A DNA stretch of 63,889 bases, filler included, from an uncultured Methanosarcinales archaeon (GTDB taxonomy: Archaea > Nanobdellota > Nanobdellia > Woesearchaeales > CAYXTQ01): assembly GCA_964608065.1 (NCBI GenBank). It is 5 parts of 4 records of this genome, joined end to end, with 100 filler letters (N's around TTAATTAATTAA, not from the genome) between each part and the next. Parts side by side here need not be neighbours in the genome. Positions count along the whole stretch, not along the records: positions 16,572 to 22,457 come from CAZSMA010000002.1; positions 22,558 to 31,790 come from CAZSMA010000002.1; 3 more parts are not named here. One strand, 5' to 3'. The position numbers and the translations under genes were made by a program. Shown here piece by piece: positions 18,149 through 27,814 of this stretch (its first letter is position 1; every line of letters begins with the position of its first letter). The notes under the pieces were generated by a model. That model worked only from the letters and a program-made list of their open reading frames with translations, ran no database searches and was not told where the DNA came from.

Positions 18149-19249
18149 TTAGAAATTAACTTCATATCTTAGAATTGCAGCAACTTTACCAATGTCTCTT
18201 AGTTGGACTCCTTCTCTTGTTTCAATTGAGATTATTATTACATTTGTCTTCATCTTTTCTGCTTCTTTTTCAAATTCCTCTATTGTTTCATCATCCAATG
18301 TTTCTGACAATAATAAAGTGTCTACAGAACCCATCTTTAAATTCTTCATGACTTCGTCTTTTCCATAGCTGGCTTGTGCTGGTTTTTTTGCTAATGTTTC
18401 AAAAAATTTAGCCATTATCTGTTTTTCTGCAGTAATTTCTTCTTTTGCAAGAACATCATCGCATTTTTCAACTAATTCCTGCAGGCCAAATTCACCAGTA
18501 TAAGAAATGTCTTTTACAGCTATTATTTTATTTTTTATTTCTGTTGGAATAAAGCCTTCATTTATGAAATCATATTTGCTTGGGCCTGGGCCTCCAACAA
18601 TGATTCCTTTTAATTCCTTTTTACCTAAGAATTGTTCTTTTACATACTCTGCTACTTTTTTGTAATGGTCTTTTATTGCTCCTAAACGTAATCTAGCGAA
18701 ACGAGGAGCTGATTGACCTCCTGCACGCTGCTTACCTGGAATATGAGAGTGTGTTTTTAGCAACGGAATTATTGTTTTTCCTTTTAATATTGCAATATCA
18801 GCATCTCTTCTGTCTACAACAATAAGGCCATAGATTTCTTTTGTTTCCATCATGTCTTCCAGTAAATCCACTACAAATGCTTTATCGCATCTATAGATGC
18901 GGGTTTTTAGTGGAACTGGGGGTTCAATAGAAAATACTTGATAGTCCTGTTGGCCTTCTCTTTCAGCAACATTTCCAGAGAAAACAGCCAATCCATGATC
19001 TGGTGTTTTTTTAAAAAGCTTTAAGTGCTGAGTCATTTTTTCTAATGCTGCTGTTACATTGTTTCTAGTAGAAGTTGATTTTATGTTAGTTGCAGTACCT
19101 TTTTCCTGGAATAAATGGTTTATGATTTTATTAAGATCATAACCTTGGGGAATATATACTGTGACCAGTTCTGTATGGGTTCTTTTATATTGAATAAGCT
19201 GTTTTACAAATTTTTTCAGTTCATATTTCTGTTTTTCACTTAAAGCCAT
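18149..19249 (-). CDS. prf1: Peptide chain release factor aRF1
   Basis: GTATNIKS, YRCD, AGGQSAPRF. Confidence 0.97.
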   Translation of the reverse strand: MALSEKQKYELKKFVKQLIQYKRTHTELVTVYIPQGYDLNKIINHLFQEKGTATNIKSTSTRNNVTAALEKMTQHLKLFKKTPDHGLAVFSGNVAEREGQQDYQVFSIEPPVPLKTRIYRCDKAFVVDLLEDMMETKEIYGLIVVDRRDADIAILKGKTIIPLLKTHSHIPGKQRAGGQSAPRFARLRLGAIKDHYKKVAEYVKEQFLGKKELKGIIVGGPGPSKYDFINEGFIPTEIKNKIIAVKDISYTGEFGLQELVEKCDDVLAKEEITAEKQIMAKFFETLAKKPAQASYGKDEVMKNLKMGSVDTLLLSETLDDETIEEFEKEAEKMKTNVIIISIETREGVQLRDIGKVAAILRYEVNF

Positions 19250-19360
19250 TTTATTTATAGATATCTATATAGTGTTTATAAAAGTTTTGTATATATAGCA
19301 AAGCAAAAGCTTTATAAATCAAGTACTATTTCTAAACACAAATTAAGCTACCTATAGAAT

Positions 19361-19546
19361 GGGATTATATAATGTATTTATATAACATTAAGCTATGGGG
19401 TAGCTTGGCCTTATCCTTTCTGGTTTGGGGCCAGATGACCCCGGTTCGAAACGACTGGTTACGCGCGGTCGACACGCAAAGTGCAACATAAAGTTGCACG
19501 AGCTCGCTTGACGCTCGCAACTATCGAGAAAGTCCGGGTAGCCCCA
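19361..19546 (+). tRNA. tRNA-Pro (TGG) with two introns (positions 3/4 and 59/60)
   Basis: Exons 19361-19363, 19392-19450 and 19533-19546 give a 76-nt cloverleaf: GGGGCTA/TAGCCCC acceptor, TCTGG-TT-TGG-GG-CCAGA, CCCGG-TTCGAAT-CCGGG; both junction pairs form bulge-helix-bulge motifs. Confidence 0.88.
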
Positions 19547-19582
19547 TATTTAAATAAAATAAAAAAAAACTATGATTTAAAA

Positions 19583-19903
19583 ATGGCAGAAGAAGTAAAA
19601 TTAGGATCAATAAAAAGGTTTGGAGCTAGATATGGAAGGAAAGTAAAGCATAAACTAGCTGAGATTGAAGCTTTACGTAGAAAAAAATACAAATGTCCAT
19701 ATTGTACACAACCTAGGGTAAAAAGAATTAGTGCAGGAATCTGGGAATGTAATAAGTGTGGATCAAAATTTACAAGTAAAGCTTATATGGTTCAAAAGAA
19801 AGTAGTATTAAAAGAAGAAGTTAAGAAAACTGTTAAAGTGGAAGGTAAGAAAGAAGTTGAAAAAGTAAAAAAAATAGAAGAGGAAGAAGTTAAAAAATGG
19901 TAA
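19583..19903 (+). CDS. rpl37ae: 50S ribosomal protein L37Ae
   Basis: RFGARYG, CPYC...RISAGIWECNKC; K/E-rich tail; start moved to 19583. Confidence 0.95.
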   Translation: MAEEVKLGSIKRFGARYGRKVKHKLAEIEALRRKKYKCPYCTQPRVKRISAGIWECNKCGSKFTSKAYMVQKKVVLKEEVKKTVKVEGKKEVEKVKKIEEEEVKKW

Positions 19904-20034
19904 ACTATAAATGTTTTTTTTGCAATAAGAAAGTATCAAAAGAGATGCTGGGTAAAAGGATAAGGTGTCCTTATTGCGGTGGAAAAATACTTTTTAAGCC
20001 AAGAAGTACTGTAACAAAATTCAAAGCAAGATGA
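19897..20034 (+). CDS. rpoP: RNA polymerase subunit P (Rpo12), not in ORF track
   Basis: MVNYKCFFC...RIRCPYCGGKILFKPR...KAR. Confidence 0.93.
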   Translation: MVNYKCFFCNKKVSKEMLGKRIRCPYCGGKILFKPRSTVTKFKAR

Positions 20035-20249
20035 AAGTTAAAGTTTGTTTGTATGGGGATACTGATTTATTATATAAATGTTACAAACCAGAGATTTTAA
20101 AGAGGGAGAGAGCAAGTTATACTTTAAGAAAGAATAAAGACAATTTGGAATTTAATATAAAAGCAAAAGATGATGTTGCTTTAAAAGCTGCAGTGAATTC
20201 AATTTTTAAATTGTTTATTATATATAACAAATTAAGGAAGGTAACATAA
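20031..20249 (+). CDS. pcc1: KEOPS complex subunit Pcc1
   Basis: ERA...IKAKDDVALKAAVNS; conserved position between rpoP and pfdB. Confidence 0.8.
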   Translation: MKVKVCLYGDTDLLYKCYKPEILKRERASYTLRKNKDNLEFNIKAKDDVALKAAVNSIFKLFIIYNKLRKVT

Positions 20250-20250
20250 A

Positions 20251-20586
20251 ATGGTTGAAATGAGCAAAGAAGATGAACAAAAGATTTCTCAGTTGCAATT
20301 ACTAGAGCAAAACGTGCAAAATTTCTTAATGCAAAGACAGCAATTTCAGGCACAACTATCAGAGATAGAGTCTGCTTTAAGTGAATTAAAGGATGCAAAA
20401 CAGAGCTATAAGATAGTTGGCAATATAATGGTGGACAGCAGCAAGGCAGATCTAGAGAAAGACCTGAAAAGAAAGAAAGAAGTAATTGAGCTAAGAATAA
20501 AGAATATAGAAAAACAGGAAGGAAGTATTAAAGAAAAACAAAAAAAAATACAAGAGGAAGTTCTGAGTAATATCAAAAAAGAGTGA
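20251..20586 (+). CDS. pfdB: Prefoldin beta subunit
   Basis: Coiled coils around YKIVGNIMV. Confidence 0.93.
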   Translation: MVEMSKEDEQKISQLQLLEQNVQNFLMQRQQFQAQLSEIESALSELKDAKQSYKIVGNIMVDSSKADLEKDLKRKKEVIELRIKNIEKQEGSIKEKQKKIQEEVLSNIKKE

Positions 20587-20837
20587 TTACAATGAAAGAA
20601 AAGGAAATAAAAGATGTAATTAAAGTTCTTTCTAGCTTAGAGGAAGATTCTACTGTTCCAAGGAATATTAAGGAGTGTGTTAAAGAAGTGTTGTGTGTGT
20701 TAAAAGAGAATAAAGAAGCATCTTTAAGGATTAATAAGGCATTGCATATTCTAGAAGAAGTAAGCAATGATATGAATATGGAGCCTTATACAAGAACACA
20801 ATTATTGAATGTTGTTAGTTTGTTAGAAGGTATATAA
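20583..20837 (+). CDS. UPF0147 family protein
   Basis: EDSTVPRNIK...LEEVSNDMNMEPYTRTQL. Confidence 0.88.
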   Translation: MITMKEKEIKDVIKVLSSLEEDSTVPRNIKECVKEVLCVLKENKEASLRINKALHILEEVSNDMNMEPYTRTQLLNVVSLLEGI

Positions 20838-20845
20838 TCTCTCCT

Positions 20846-21409
20846 TTATTTCTTGTTAAGTTTTATAACTTCGTTTTTAGTTAAAATAGAGTTGGGGATA
20901 TGGATAATATCTTTTTTTTTTGTCTGTATTTTTGTTTCTATCAGATTAATGTGGATTACTTTGCCTTCCATGTTTTTTATTTTTATGAAGTCTCCTTCTT
21001 CAATGAAGTTTTTTCTGTGAATTGTGAAGCCCGCCATGACATTTGGGATAAAGTCTTTTATTCCAAGGAAAAAAGAGATGATGATTACAATCATTATAGC
21101 CCATGAGACTATATTCAATACATCAGTTGCCAAACCAATATGTTTTAAAGCCATTATTATAGCAATGAAATATATAAAATAAGTTGTTATGTGGCTAAGA
21201 ATCTCTTCTATGGATATTTTTATATGTGCTGCTTTTTTTATGATTTTATCAACTTCCATTTCATGAAGTACTTTTTGGACTATTTTGCCAATTATCCTTC
21301 CTAGAATAAATCCCATTAACAGAATAATAGCTGCTACAATTACTTTTGATATGAATCCTGATAATATTTCCTTAAGGAACCCATACATGCTTGGTAGTGT
21401 ATCCGCCAT
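20846..21409 (-). CDS. Short MscS-family mechanosensitive channel protein
   Basis: TM helices, KDFIPNVMAG, GDFIKI..MEGKV, IHIPNS. Confidence 0.82.
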   Translation of the reverse strand: MADTLPSMYGFLKEILSGFISKVIVAAIILLMGFILGRIIGKIVQKVLHEMEVDKIIKKAAHIKISIEEILSHITTYFIYFIAIIMALKHIGLATDVLNIVSWAIMIVIIISFFLGIKDFIPNVMAGFTIHRKNFIEEGDFIKIKNMEGKVIHINLIETKIQTKKKDIIHIPNSILTKNEVIKLNKK

Positions 21410-21484
21410 CTTAGTATTTTGATATATTATGTGTGTTTATAAATCTTATGGAAAAGAAGTATTAAAGGATGATGATTTCATATG

Positions 21485-21744
21485 TCGGAAATATACCTCT
21501 GGTTTCTAACCAGTGGATGAAATCCACTATCCTAAACCTATTGTGCTATATTTCCGAGTGTTTGAAATGCAAGGCATTTCTAACAAACCAAAAATTCACT
21601 ATGTGAATTTTTCAGTTCATGCTCAAAAACCACTCAATAATCATTGTACATGTAGCAACATCCTTGAAAATCTAAGATTTTCGGGACACCGAAAATGCAA
21701 AGCATTTTCCAGTGTGCCACTCATCTATTGTGGGTGGTTTTTGA
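21485..21744. repeat. Nested array of short palindromes
   Basis: At least six hairpins plus two long closing stems (see findings). Confidence 0.75.
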
Positions 21745-21785
21745 CAAACTTAATAAACTCTGAAGTTTTTTTTTTTTTAATACTA

Positions 21786-22457
21786 ATGACTGGAAAAAAA
21801 GGATTTAAGAAAGGCGGAAAACAGGGGAAAAAAGAAGTTACAGAAAGAAAGAAATTAACTGCAAATGAAAAGATTAAGGAATTACAGGAAGATATAAGCA
21901 AGACTAAATACAACAAACGAACACAAGGCGCTATTGGAGTTATGAAGGCCAAGCTAGCCAATCTTAAAGATAGGGCTGTTCAAAGATCTTCAATTGGAAA
22001 GGGGAAAGGTGATGACAGGTTTACTGTCAGAAAAACCGGAGACGGTACTGTTGTGATATTAGGTTTTCCTTCTGTAGGTAAATCAACTTTGCTTAATAAA
22101 ATTACTAACGCAAAATCTGATATAGCTGCATATTCTTTTACTACACTTAAAGCTGTTCCAGGACTTATGGAATACTGTTTTGCAAAAATCCAGATAATTG
22201 ATGTTCCGGGCATAGTATATGGGGCAGCTTCTGGCAGAGGACGAGGGAAAGAGGTCCTTGGAATGCTTAGGACTGCTGATTTAATTTTAATCTTAGTTGA
22301 TGCTATGAACCCTGAACATTACCCTGCTATATTAAAAGAAATATGGGAAACCTCTATTAGGATAAACGAAGAAAAACCTGATGTTAAGATTATTAAAAAG
22401 GAAAAAGGGGGGGTAAATATAAGTGAAACTGTAAAACTAACAAAAATAAATCATAAA
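21786..22457 (+). CDS. DRG family (OBG-like) GTPase, 3' partial
   Basis: KTKYNKRT, GFPSVGKST, YSFTTL, DVPG, GRGRG; cut by the contig end. Confidence 0.93.
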
Positions 22458-22557
22458 NNNNNNNNNNNNNNNNNNNNNNNNNNNNNNNNNNNNNNNNNNN
22501 NTTAATTAATTAANNNNNNNNNNNNNNNNNNNNNNNNNNNNNNNNNNNNNNNNNNNN
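22458..22557. other. Artificial contig linker
   Basis: N44-TTAATTAATTAA-N44. Confidence 0.95.
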
Positions 22558-22619
22558 AAAAATAAAAAAAATAAAAATTATAATTTAGAATTAAATAAGG
22601 CTATATAAATTTATGGGTT

Positions 22620-23231
22620 TTATATTGTCAGAATTTCACAATTCTTAACAGAATCATCAATTATCTTTTTTATATTAATCCTGGATTCTTCGTTTTCTAT
22701 AAAAGAAAGATTGCTTTTTGTTGCAGGGTTTTGTGGGACCATGTTGCAGCACATTCCTGGCAGTATGGATGTTTCATAAGTGTCTATTTTTCTTGCTATA
22801 GCCATTGTTTCAACCTTGTCATTGCAGAGCAAAGGCCTTAGTATAGGTATTTTAACTGCGCTATCAGTTGTTGCCATATTACTTAAAGTCTGAGAAGCTA
22901 CCTGCCCAAGGTTTTCTCCTGTTACTAAGAATTTACAGCTTTCCTTTTTAGCTATTGCTTCTGATACTCTGAACATGATTCTTCTGCAAAGTATGCATTG
23001 GAATTTTCTGTTTGTGTTTTTTATAATTTCAGCCTGGTTTTTTCCATGCTGTATTATGTATAGTTTCTTTATTCCAATTTTCTTTGCAAGTTTTTTTGTT
23101 TTTTCCAAAGATTTTTCGTCTGTAAATGGCTGGTTGTCAAAGTGTATAGCTATTAAATCCAGTTTGTTTTTCATCAAATAACCTGCGACAGGGCTATCAA
23201 TTCCTCCTGAGAGTAATAGTAACGCTTTCAT
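22620..23231 (-). CDS. thiI: tRNA 4-thiouridine synthase ThiI, catalytic PP-loop domain only
   Basis: LLSGGIDSPVA, CILCRR, TGENLGQVASQTL, ILRPL, IDTYETSI...CC; no THUMP domain. Confidence 0.88.
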   Translation of the reverse strand: MKALLLLSGGIDSPVAGYLMKNKLDLIAIHFDNQPFTDEKSLEKTKKLAKKIGIKKLYIIQHGKNQAEIIKNTNRKFQCILCRRIMFRVSEAIAKKESCKFLVTGENLGQVASQTLSNMATTDSAVKIPILRPLLCNDKVETMAIARKIDTYETSILPGMCCNMVPQNPATKSNLSFIENEESRINIKKIIDDSVKNCEILTI

Positions 23232-23482
23232 GAACCCACCTTATAGATTTTTTCACTTATTTTTTTTATTTTTGCTTCATCTTTTAATTTTTTGAACAGA
23301 ATTTCACCATGGTTGTGCACTACAATACCTTTGTGTTCTTCTATAACCATGCAGATAGGAGTGAATATGCTTACTTTAAAATGATTTTTGATTTTATTTA
23401 GATCTAGTTTTATTTTTTTTATGGGCTTAACTGAATAAGCTGCTTTTGTTTTACAAGGTTTTATGTTGAACATTTTATTCAT
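23228..23482 (-). CDS. Small hypothetical protein coupled to thiI
   Basis: ATGA overlap with thiI; IKPCKTKAAY, GEILFK. Confidence 0.65.
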   Translation of the reverse strand: MNKMFNIKPCKTKAAYSVKPIKKIKLDLNKIKNHFKVSIFTPICMVIEEHKGIVVHNHGEILFKKLKDEAKIKKISEKIYKVGS

Positions 23483-23568
23483 TATAAGAGATAGCGCCTT
23501 ACAATAAGGAAGAATATAATAAAGAAACCGATTATTATCGTTATGTCAGCAACTATTTTGCCAATCAT
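23482..23568 (-). CDS. Possible 28-aa single-TM protein (MIGKIVADITIIIGFFIIFFLIVRRYLL)
   Basis: Fills the gap after atpD; TAATG coupling to the next gene. Confidence 0.45.
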   Translation of the reverse strand: MIGKIVADITIIIGFFIIFFLIVRRYLL

Positions 23569-23593
23569 AAGCCAATAATATATATTTTTTTTA

Positions 23594-24217
23594 TTAGGAC
23601 GCTTCATCTGATTTCATAGCAGCCTTTATTTTTTTCAGTCTTGTGAAAGATTCGCGCTCTAATTCTTCTAGTTTGAATGTAATAATCTTTTTTGTTGATT
23701 CCATTGAAGGCATTATCAGATATTCCAATGAATTGACTCTACGCTTTGTTTTCTTGATTTCATCTGCTAAATATCTCAACATTAGCTGTTTTTCTGAAAG
23801 TTTAAGCAGCATAGGCAATAGTTCTTTGTATCTTATTATTGCATTGTCTAATTCAACAGACTGTCCATAATAGCCATATTCATTATGTTCTGTCTTAATA
23901 TCCTTAATCTGCGGGAATTCAACACCCATTATTGATTTTTTGTCCATATCAAGGGTTGTTCCTGCTGATAAGCTGGATGAAATTCTTTCAATAGAGGGTT
24001 CACCTTCAATAGCTATTGCATTTATCAAAGAGTTTTGGGCTTTTTTCAGCTTGTCTCCTATGTCTTTTCTTATTTTCTTTATAGATTTAAGGGTGCCAAA
24101 GAATTCCAAAATAAGGACGTCGTTCTTCTGCTTAAGAAGCTTGTGTCCTTTTTCAGCTAGCTTAAGCTTTCTACGTAGTTTCAATAATTCCATACGTGTT
24201 GGTTTTATCTGAGCCAT
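23594..24217 (-). CDS. atpD: A/V-type ATP synthase subunit D
   Basis: KPTRMELL, GHKLLK, KTKRRVNSLE. Confidence 0.96.
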   Translation of the reverse strand: MAQIKPTRMELLKLRRKLKLAEKGHKLLKQKNDVLILEFFGTLKSIKKIRKDIGDKLKKAQNSLINAIAIEGEPSIERISSSLSAGTTLDMDKKSIMGVEFPQIKDIKTEHNEYGYYGQSVELDNAIIRYKELLPMLLKLSEKQLMLRYLADEIKKTKRRVNSLEYLIMPSMESTKKIITFKLEELERESFTRLKKIKAAMKSDEAS

Positions 24218-24220
24218 TTG

Positions 24221-25717
24221 TTAGTAGATTAATTTCTTTTTCCTTTTTAGTGGTTCTTTGACTACATCTGTTGAAGTTGTTGTGTCTGCTGTTTCTGCCA
24301 TTACTTCTGTTGAACCTACATTTGATTTCATGTCTGCTCTTTTTTTTATGTCTTTGCCGTATTTGTCAATGAATTCATCTTTGATTCTCTTTAATTCTTC
24401 TTTTGGGAAAGCTGATAAAAGTTCCCATGCTAAAGATAGTGTTTCTTCAATAGTTCTGTTTTCTTCATAATCCTGATTTACAAATTTTTCTTCAAATGCT
24501 TCTGCAAAATCCATGTATTTAAGGTCAAGTTCAGTCAATGATTCTTTACCGATAACTGCAACTAAGTCTCTAAGTTCAAGACCATGTGCATAAGCTGCAT
24601 ACATCTGATTGCTGACTTCAAGATGATCTTCTCTTGTCTTTCCTGGACCAATACCATTCTTCATCAATCTTGATAATGAAGGCAGTACATTAACTGGTGG
24701 ATATATTTTTTTCCTGTGCAAATCCCTGGATTGTACGAATTGGCCTTCTGTGATATAACCAGTCAAGTCTGCAATTGGGTGCGTAATGTCATCGTCTGGC
24801 ATTGATAGTATTGGCATCTGTGTTAGTGAGCCTTTTCTATTCTTTATCCTGCCTGCTCTTTCATAGATAGTTGATAAGTCAGTATACATGTATCCTGGAT
24901 ATCCTCTTCTACCTGGAACTTCATTTCTAGCTGCTGAAATCTCTCTTAAAGCTTCACAATAATTTGTCATGTCTGTCAAAATAGCAAGTATATGCATATC
25001 TTTTTCATATGCAAGATATTCTGCTACTGTCAAAGCAATTCTTGGTGTAATGATTCTTTCAATAGCTGGATCATTTGCCAGGTTCAGGAACATGATAACA
25101 TTGCTTAATGCACCTGTTCTTTCGAATTCTTTTTTGAAGAATAAAGCTTCTTCGTTTGTTATACCCATTGCTACGAATACTACTGCGAATTTCTCTTTTC
25201 CTTTTCTAACCTGTGCCTGACGAGCAATCTGTGCTGCAAGCATGTTGTGAGGAAGTCCAGAACCTGAGAAAATTGGAAGTTTCTGTCCTCTAACTAGAGT
25301 ATTCATCAAGTCTATTGTTGAAATTCCTGTCTGGATGAATTCTGATGGGTGCATTCTTCTTGTCGGATTTATTGCATTGCCATTTATATCAAGTCTTTTT
25401 TCTGCTATTATTTCCGAGCCACCATCAATAGGTTTTCCAACTCCATTGAAAACACGTCCAAGCATCTCTGGGGAAACACCAATTTTCATTGTTTCTCCAA
25501 CAAACCTTACTTTAGTGTTTTTTGTGTCAATACCTGATGTACCTTCAAATAACTGGACAATAGCTTTGTCTTTTCTTATTTCTAATACTTGTCCATTACG
25601 TTCTTCTCCTGTTGATGTTTTAATCCTGACTAGTTCACCATAAGCTACATCTTCAACATTTTCTACAATCATCAAAGGACCTGCAACATCTGAAACTGAG
25701 GTGTATTCTTTCATCAT
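24221..25717 (-). CDS. atpB: A/V-type ATP synthase subunit B
   Basis: [30 protein letters not shown]; low-complexity C-terminal tail. Confidence 0.97.
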   Translation of the reverse strand: MMKEYTSVSDVAGPLMIVENVEDVAYGELVRIKTSTGEERNGQVLEIRKDKAIVQLFEGTSGIDTKNTKVRFVGETMKIGVSPEMLGRVFNGVGKPIDGGSEIIAEKRLDINGNAINPTRRMHPSEFIQTGISTIDLMNTLVRGQKLPIFSGSGLPHNMLAAQIARQAQVRKGKEKFAVVFVAMGITNEEALFFKKEFERTGALSNVIMFLNLANDPAIERIITPRIALTVAEYLAYEKDMHILAILTDMTNYCEALREISAARNEVPGRRGYPGYMYTDLSTIYERAGRIKNRKGSLTQMPILSMPDDDITHPIADLTGYITEGQFVQSRDLHRKKIYPPVNVLPSLSRLMKNGIGPGKTREDHLEVSNQMYAAYAHGLELRDLVAVIGKESLTELDLKYMDFAEAFEEKFVNQDYEENRTIEETLSLAWELLSAFPKEELKRIKDEFIDKYGKDIKKRADMKSNVGSTEVMAETADTTTSTDVVKEPLKRKKKLIY

Positions 25718-25718
25718 T

Positions 25719-27452
25719 TTACATCACCTCCTTAAGCTGAGTTATAATGTCTTTTTCGATTTCACCAACATCTTTTTCAATTTGTTTAGAGTAACGCATT
25801 TTTGCGATCTTTTCCTTAACAGTAAGTCTGTATATATCTGTCATTTTAACTCCAGCTTTAACTGCTTTTAATGCTTCATTGTAATAATCCAGTATAGTTT
25901 TCATCATCAGATACTGTTTTTTTATGTCACAGAATGTGTCTGTGTCATCATAAGCGTTTTGCTGTAAAAAGTCTTCTCTCATGATTTTGGTTATGAACAA
26001 TATCAGCTTGTCTTCTTCTGGAAGTGCGTCTGGACCTACCAACTGGACAATTTCCTGCAGTTCTGATTCTTTCTGAAGCAATGTCATCATCTCTGTCCTT
26101 AATTCCGGGAAGTTACCTGCTATTTTCCTGAAATAAGGGTCAACACTGTTTGTATAAAGTGTATAAGATGTCAGCCAGTTAATAGCTGGGAAATGTCTTC
26201 TATAAGCTAATGGAGCATCTAATGCCCAGAACACTTTTGTGATTCTCAATGTGTTTTGTGTGACAGGTTCTGAGAAGTCTCCTCCTGGAGGAGATACTGC
26301 TCCAATTACTGAAACAGAGCCATGAGTATCATTTATATTAATCACACGGCCTGCTCTTTCATAGAACTGGGCAAGCCTTGTTGCCAAGTAAGCAGGATAT
26401 CCTTCTTCACCTGGCATTTCTTCTAATCTAGCTGAGATTTCTCTCATAGCTTCTGCCCATCTTGATGTTGAGTCTGCCATTAAAGCTACATCATAACCCT
26501 GGTCTCTAAAGTATTCAGCAATAGTTATTCCGGTATAAACTGAAGCTTCTCTTGCTGCTACTGGCATATTAGAAGTGTTAGCAATTAAAGTAGTTCTTTC
26601 CATTAATGGTTTGCCTGATTTTGGGTCTATAAGCTTAGGGAACTCATCCAATACTTCTGTCATCTCATTACCACGTTCTCCACAGCCAACATAGACAACT
26701 ATTTGCGCATCAGACCATTTAGCTAACTGATGTTGTGAGACTGTTTTTCCAGAACCAAAAGGACCTGGAATGCATGCTGTTCCACCTTTAGCTAATGGAA
26801 ATAAAGTGTCAAAAATTCTTTGTCCTGTGACTAAGGGTATTTCAGGAGCAAGTTTTTCTTTGAAAAGACGGGCCTTCCTTACAGGCCATTTTTGATACAT
26901 CTTTAGATTTTCTTTTTTGCTGTTTCCTATGTCAACAACAGCTATTGTATCTTCAATAGTGAAATTTCCTTTTTCTATTTTTGTGATTTTTCCAGAAACT
27001 CCGTGCGGAACAAGAATCCTATGTGTGATAACCTCTGTTTCTTTTACTTCACCTATTATATCGCATGGCTTTACTTCCTGGCCAACTTTAGCAGTTGGTT
27101 TAAAATCATATTTTCTTTTTCTGTCCAGTGTATTGACTTCTATACCTCTTGTGATAAAATCTCCAGTTAGTTTTGCTATTTCAGGCAAAGGACGTGCTAT
27201 TCCATCATAGATGGATCTCAACAGACCAGGACCTAGCTCTATGCTTAATGGCATTTCTGTAGATTCAACAGGGTCTCCAGGCTTTAATCCATTAGTATCC
27301 TCATATACCTGTATTGTAGCAGTATCTTGTTTAAGTTGGATAATTTCACCAATAAGTCTTTCTTTACCTACTTTAACGACATCATACATCTTACATCCTT
27401 TCATGCCCCCTGCCCTTACAACAGGACCGGCAATTGCTAGTATTTCTCCCAT
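25719..27452 (-). CDS. atpA: A/V-type ATP synthase subunit A
   Basis: [30 protein letters not shown]; no intein. Confidence 0.97.
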   Translation of the reverse strand: MGEILAIAGPVVRAGGMKGCKMYDVVKVGKERLIGEIIQLKQDTATIQVYEDTNGLKPGDPVESTEMPLSIELGPGLLRSIYDGIARPLPEIAKLTGDFITRGIEVNTLDRKRKYDFKPTAKVGQEVKPCDIIGEVKETEVITHRILVPHGVSGKITKIEKGNFTIEDTIAVVDIGNSKKENLKMYQKWPVRKARLFKEKLAPEIPLVTGQRIFDTLFPLAKGGTACIPGPFGSGKTVSQHQLAKWSDAQIVVYVGCGERGNEMTEVLDEFPKLIDPKSGKPLMERTTLIANTSNMPVAAREASVYTGITIAEYFRDQGYDVALMADSTSRWAEAMREISARLEEMPGEEGYPAYLATRLAQFYERAGRVININDTHGSVSVIGAVSPPGGDFSEPVTQNTLRITKVFWALDAPLAYRRHFPAINWLTSYTLYTNSVDPYFRKIAGNFPELRTEMMTLLQKESELQEIVQLVGPDALPEEDKLILFITKIMREDFLQQNAYDDTDTFCDIKKQYLMMKTILDYYNEALKAVKAGVKMTDIYRLTVKEKIAKMRYSKQIEKDVGEIEKDIITQLKEVM

Positions 27453-27477
27453 TTTTTATTTACCTCTCAGTTTATTG

Positions 27478-27756
27478 TTAAATATTTATCTCAATACCTA
27501 CTGCTGATTTTATTATTTCCTTTAAATCATCAGTATTCTCAAATTCGTCTACATTATCAGGCAGACTAACCACGTTCCTGAACTCTTCTATTTCAGGAGC
27601 AAGCTTGATAACAGAGACAGTTGCGATTATGAATTCATCTTTATCTATTTTTTCTAAAACTTTCAAAGCATCTTCTTTTTTTCTGATAATATGGCTGTCT
27701 TTAATTCCAGCAAGTTTCATTCCAGTTGCAAATTCTGCATTGCCTAATATTATCAT
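27478..27756 (-). CDS. atpF: A/V-type ATP synthase subunit F
   Basis: ILGNAEFATGMKLAGI...IIKSAVGI; GGAGG ribosome-binding site. Confidence 0.92.
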   Translation of the reverse strand: MIILGNAEFATGMKLAGIKDSHIIRKKEDALKVLEKIDKDEFIIATVSVIKLAPEIEEFRNVVSLPDNVDEFENTDDLKEIIKSAVGIEINI

Positions 27757-27814
27757 GTTTAAAAATTCCTCCTGAATTTTTGACATGTAAAAAATTTGTT
27801 TAGCAAATTTTTTA

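Noticed and set aside
19389..19395. Mismatched tRNA-Pro 5' end suggesting Thg1-type editing or a pseudogene
   Set aside because: A 3/4 intron with a well-formed bulge-helix-bulge restores the acceptor stem exactly
19481..19582. N-terminal extension of L37Ae
   Set aside because: Overlaps the tRNA-Pro intron and 3' exon; the real start is 19583
21513..21785. 91-aa N-terminal extension of the DRG GTPase
   Set aside because: Translation of a palindrome array; the family sequence begins at ATG 21786
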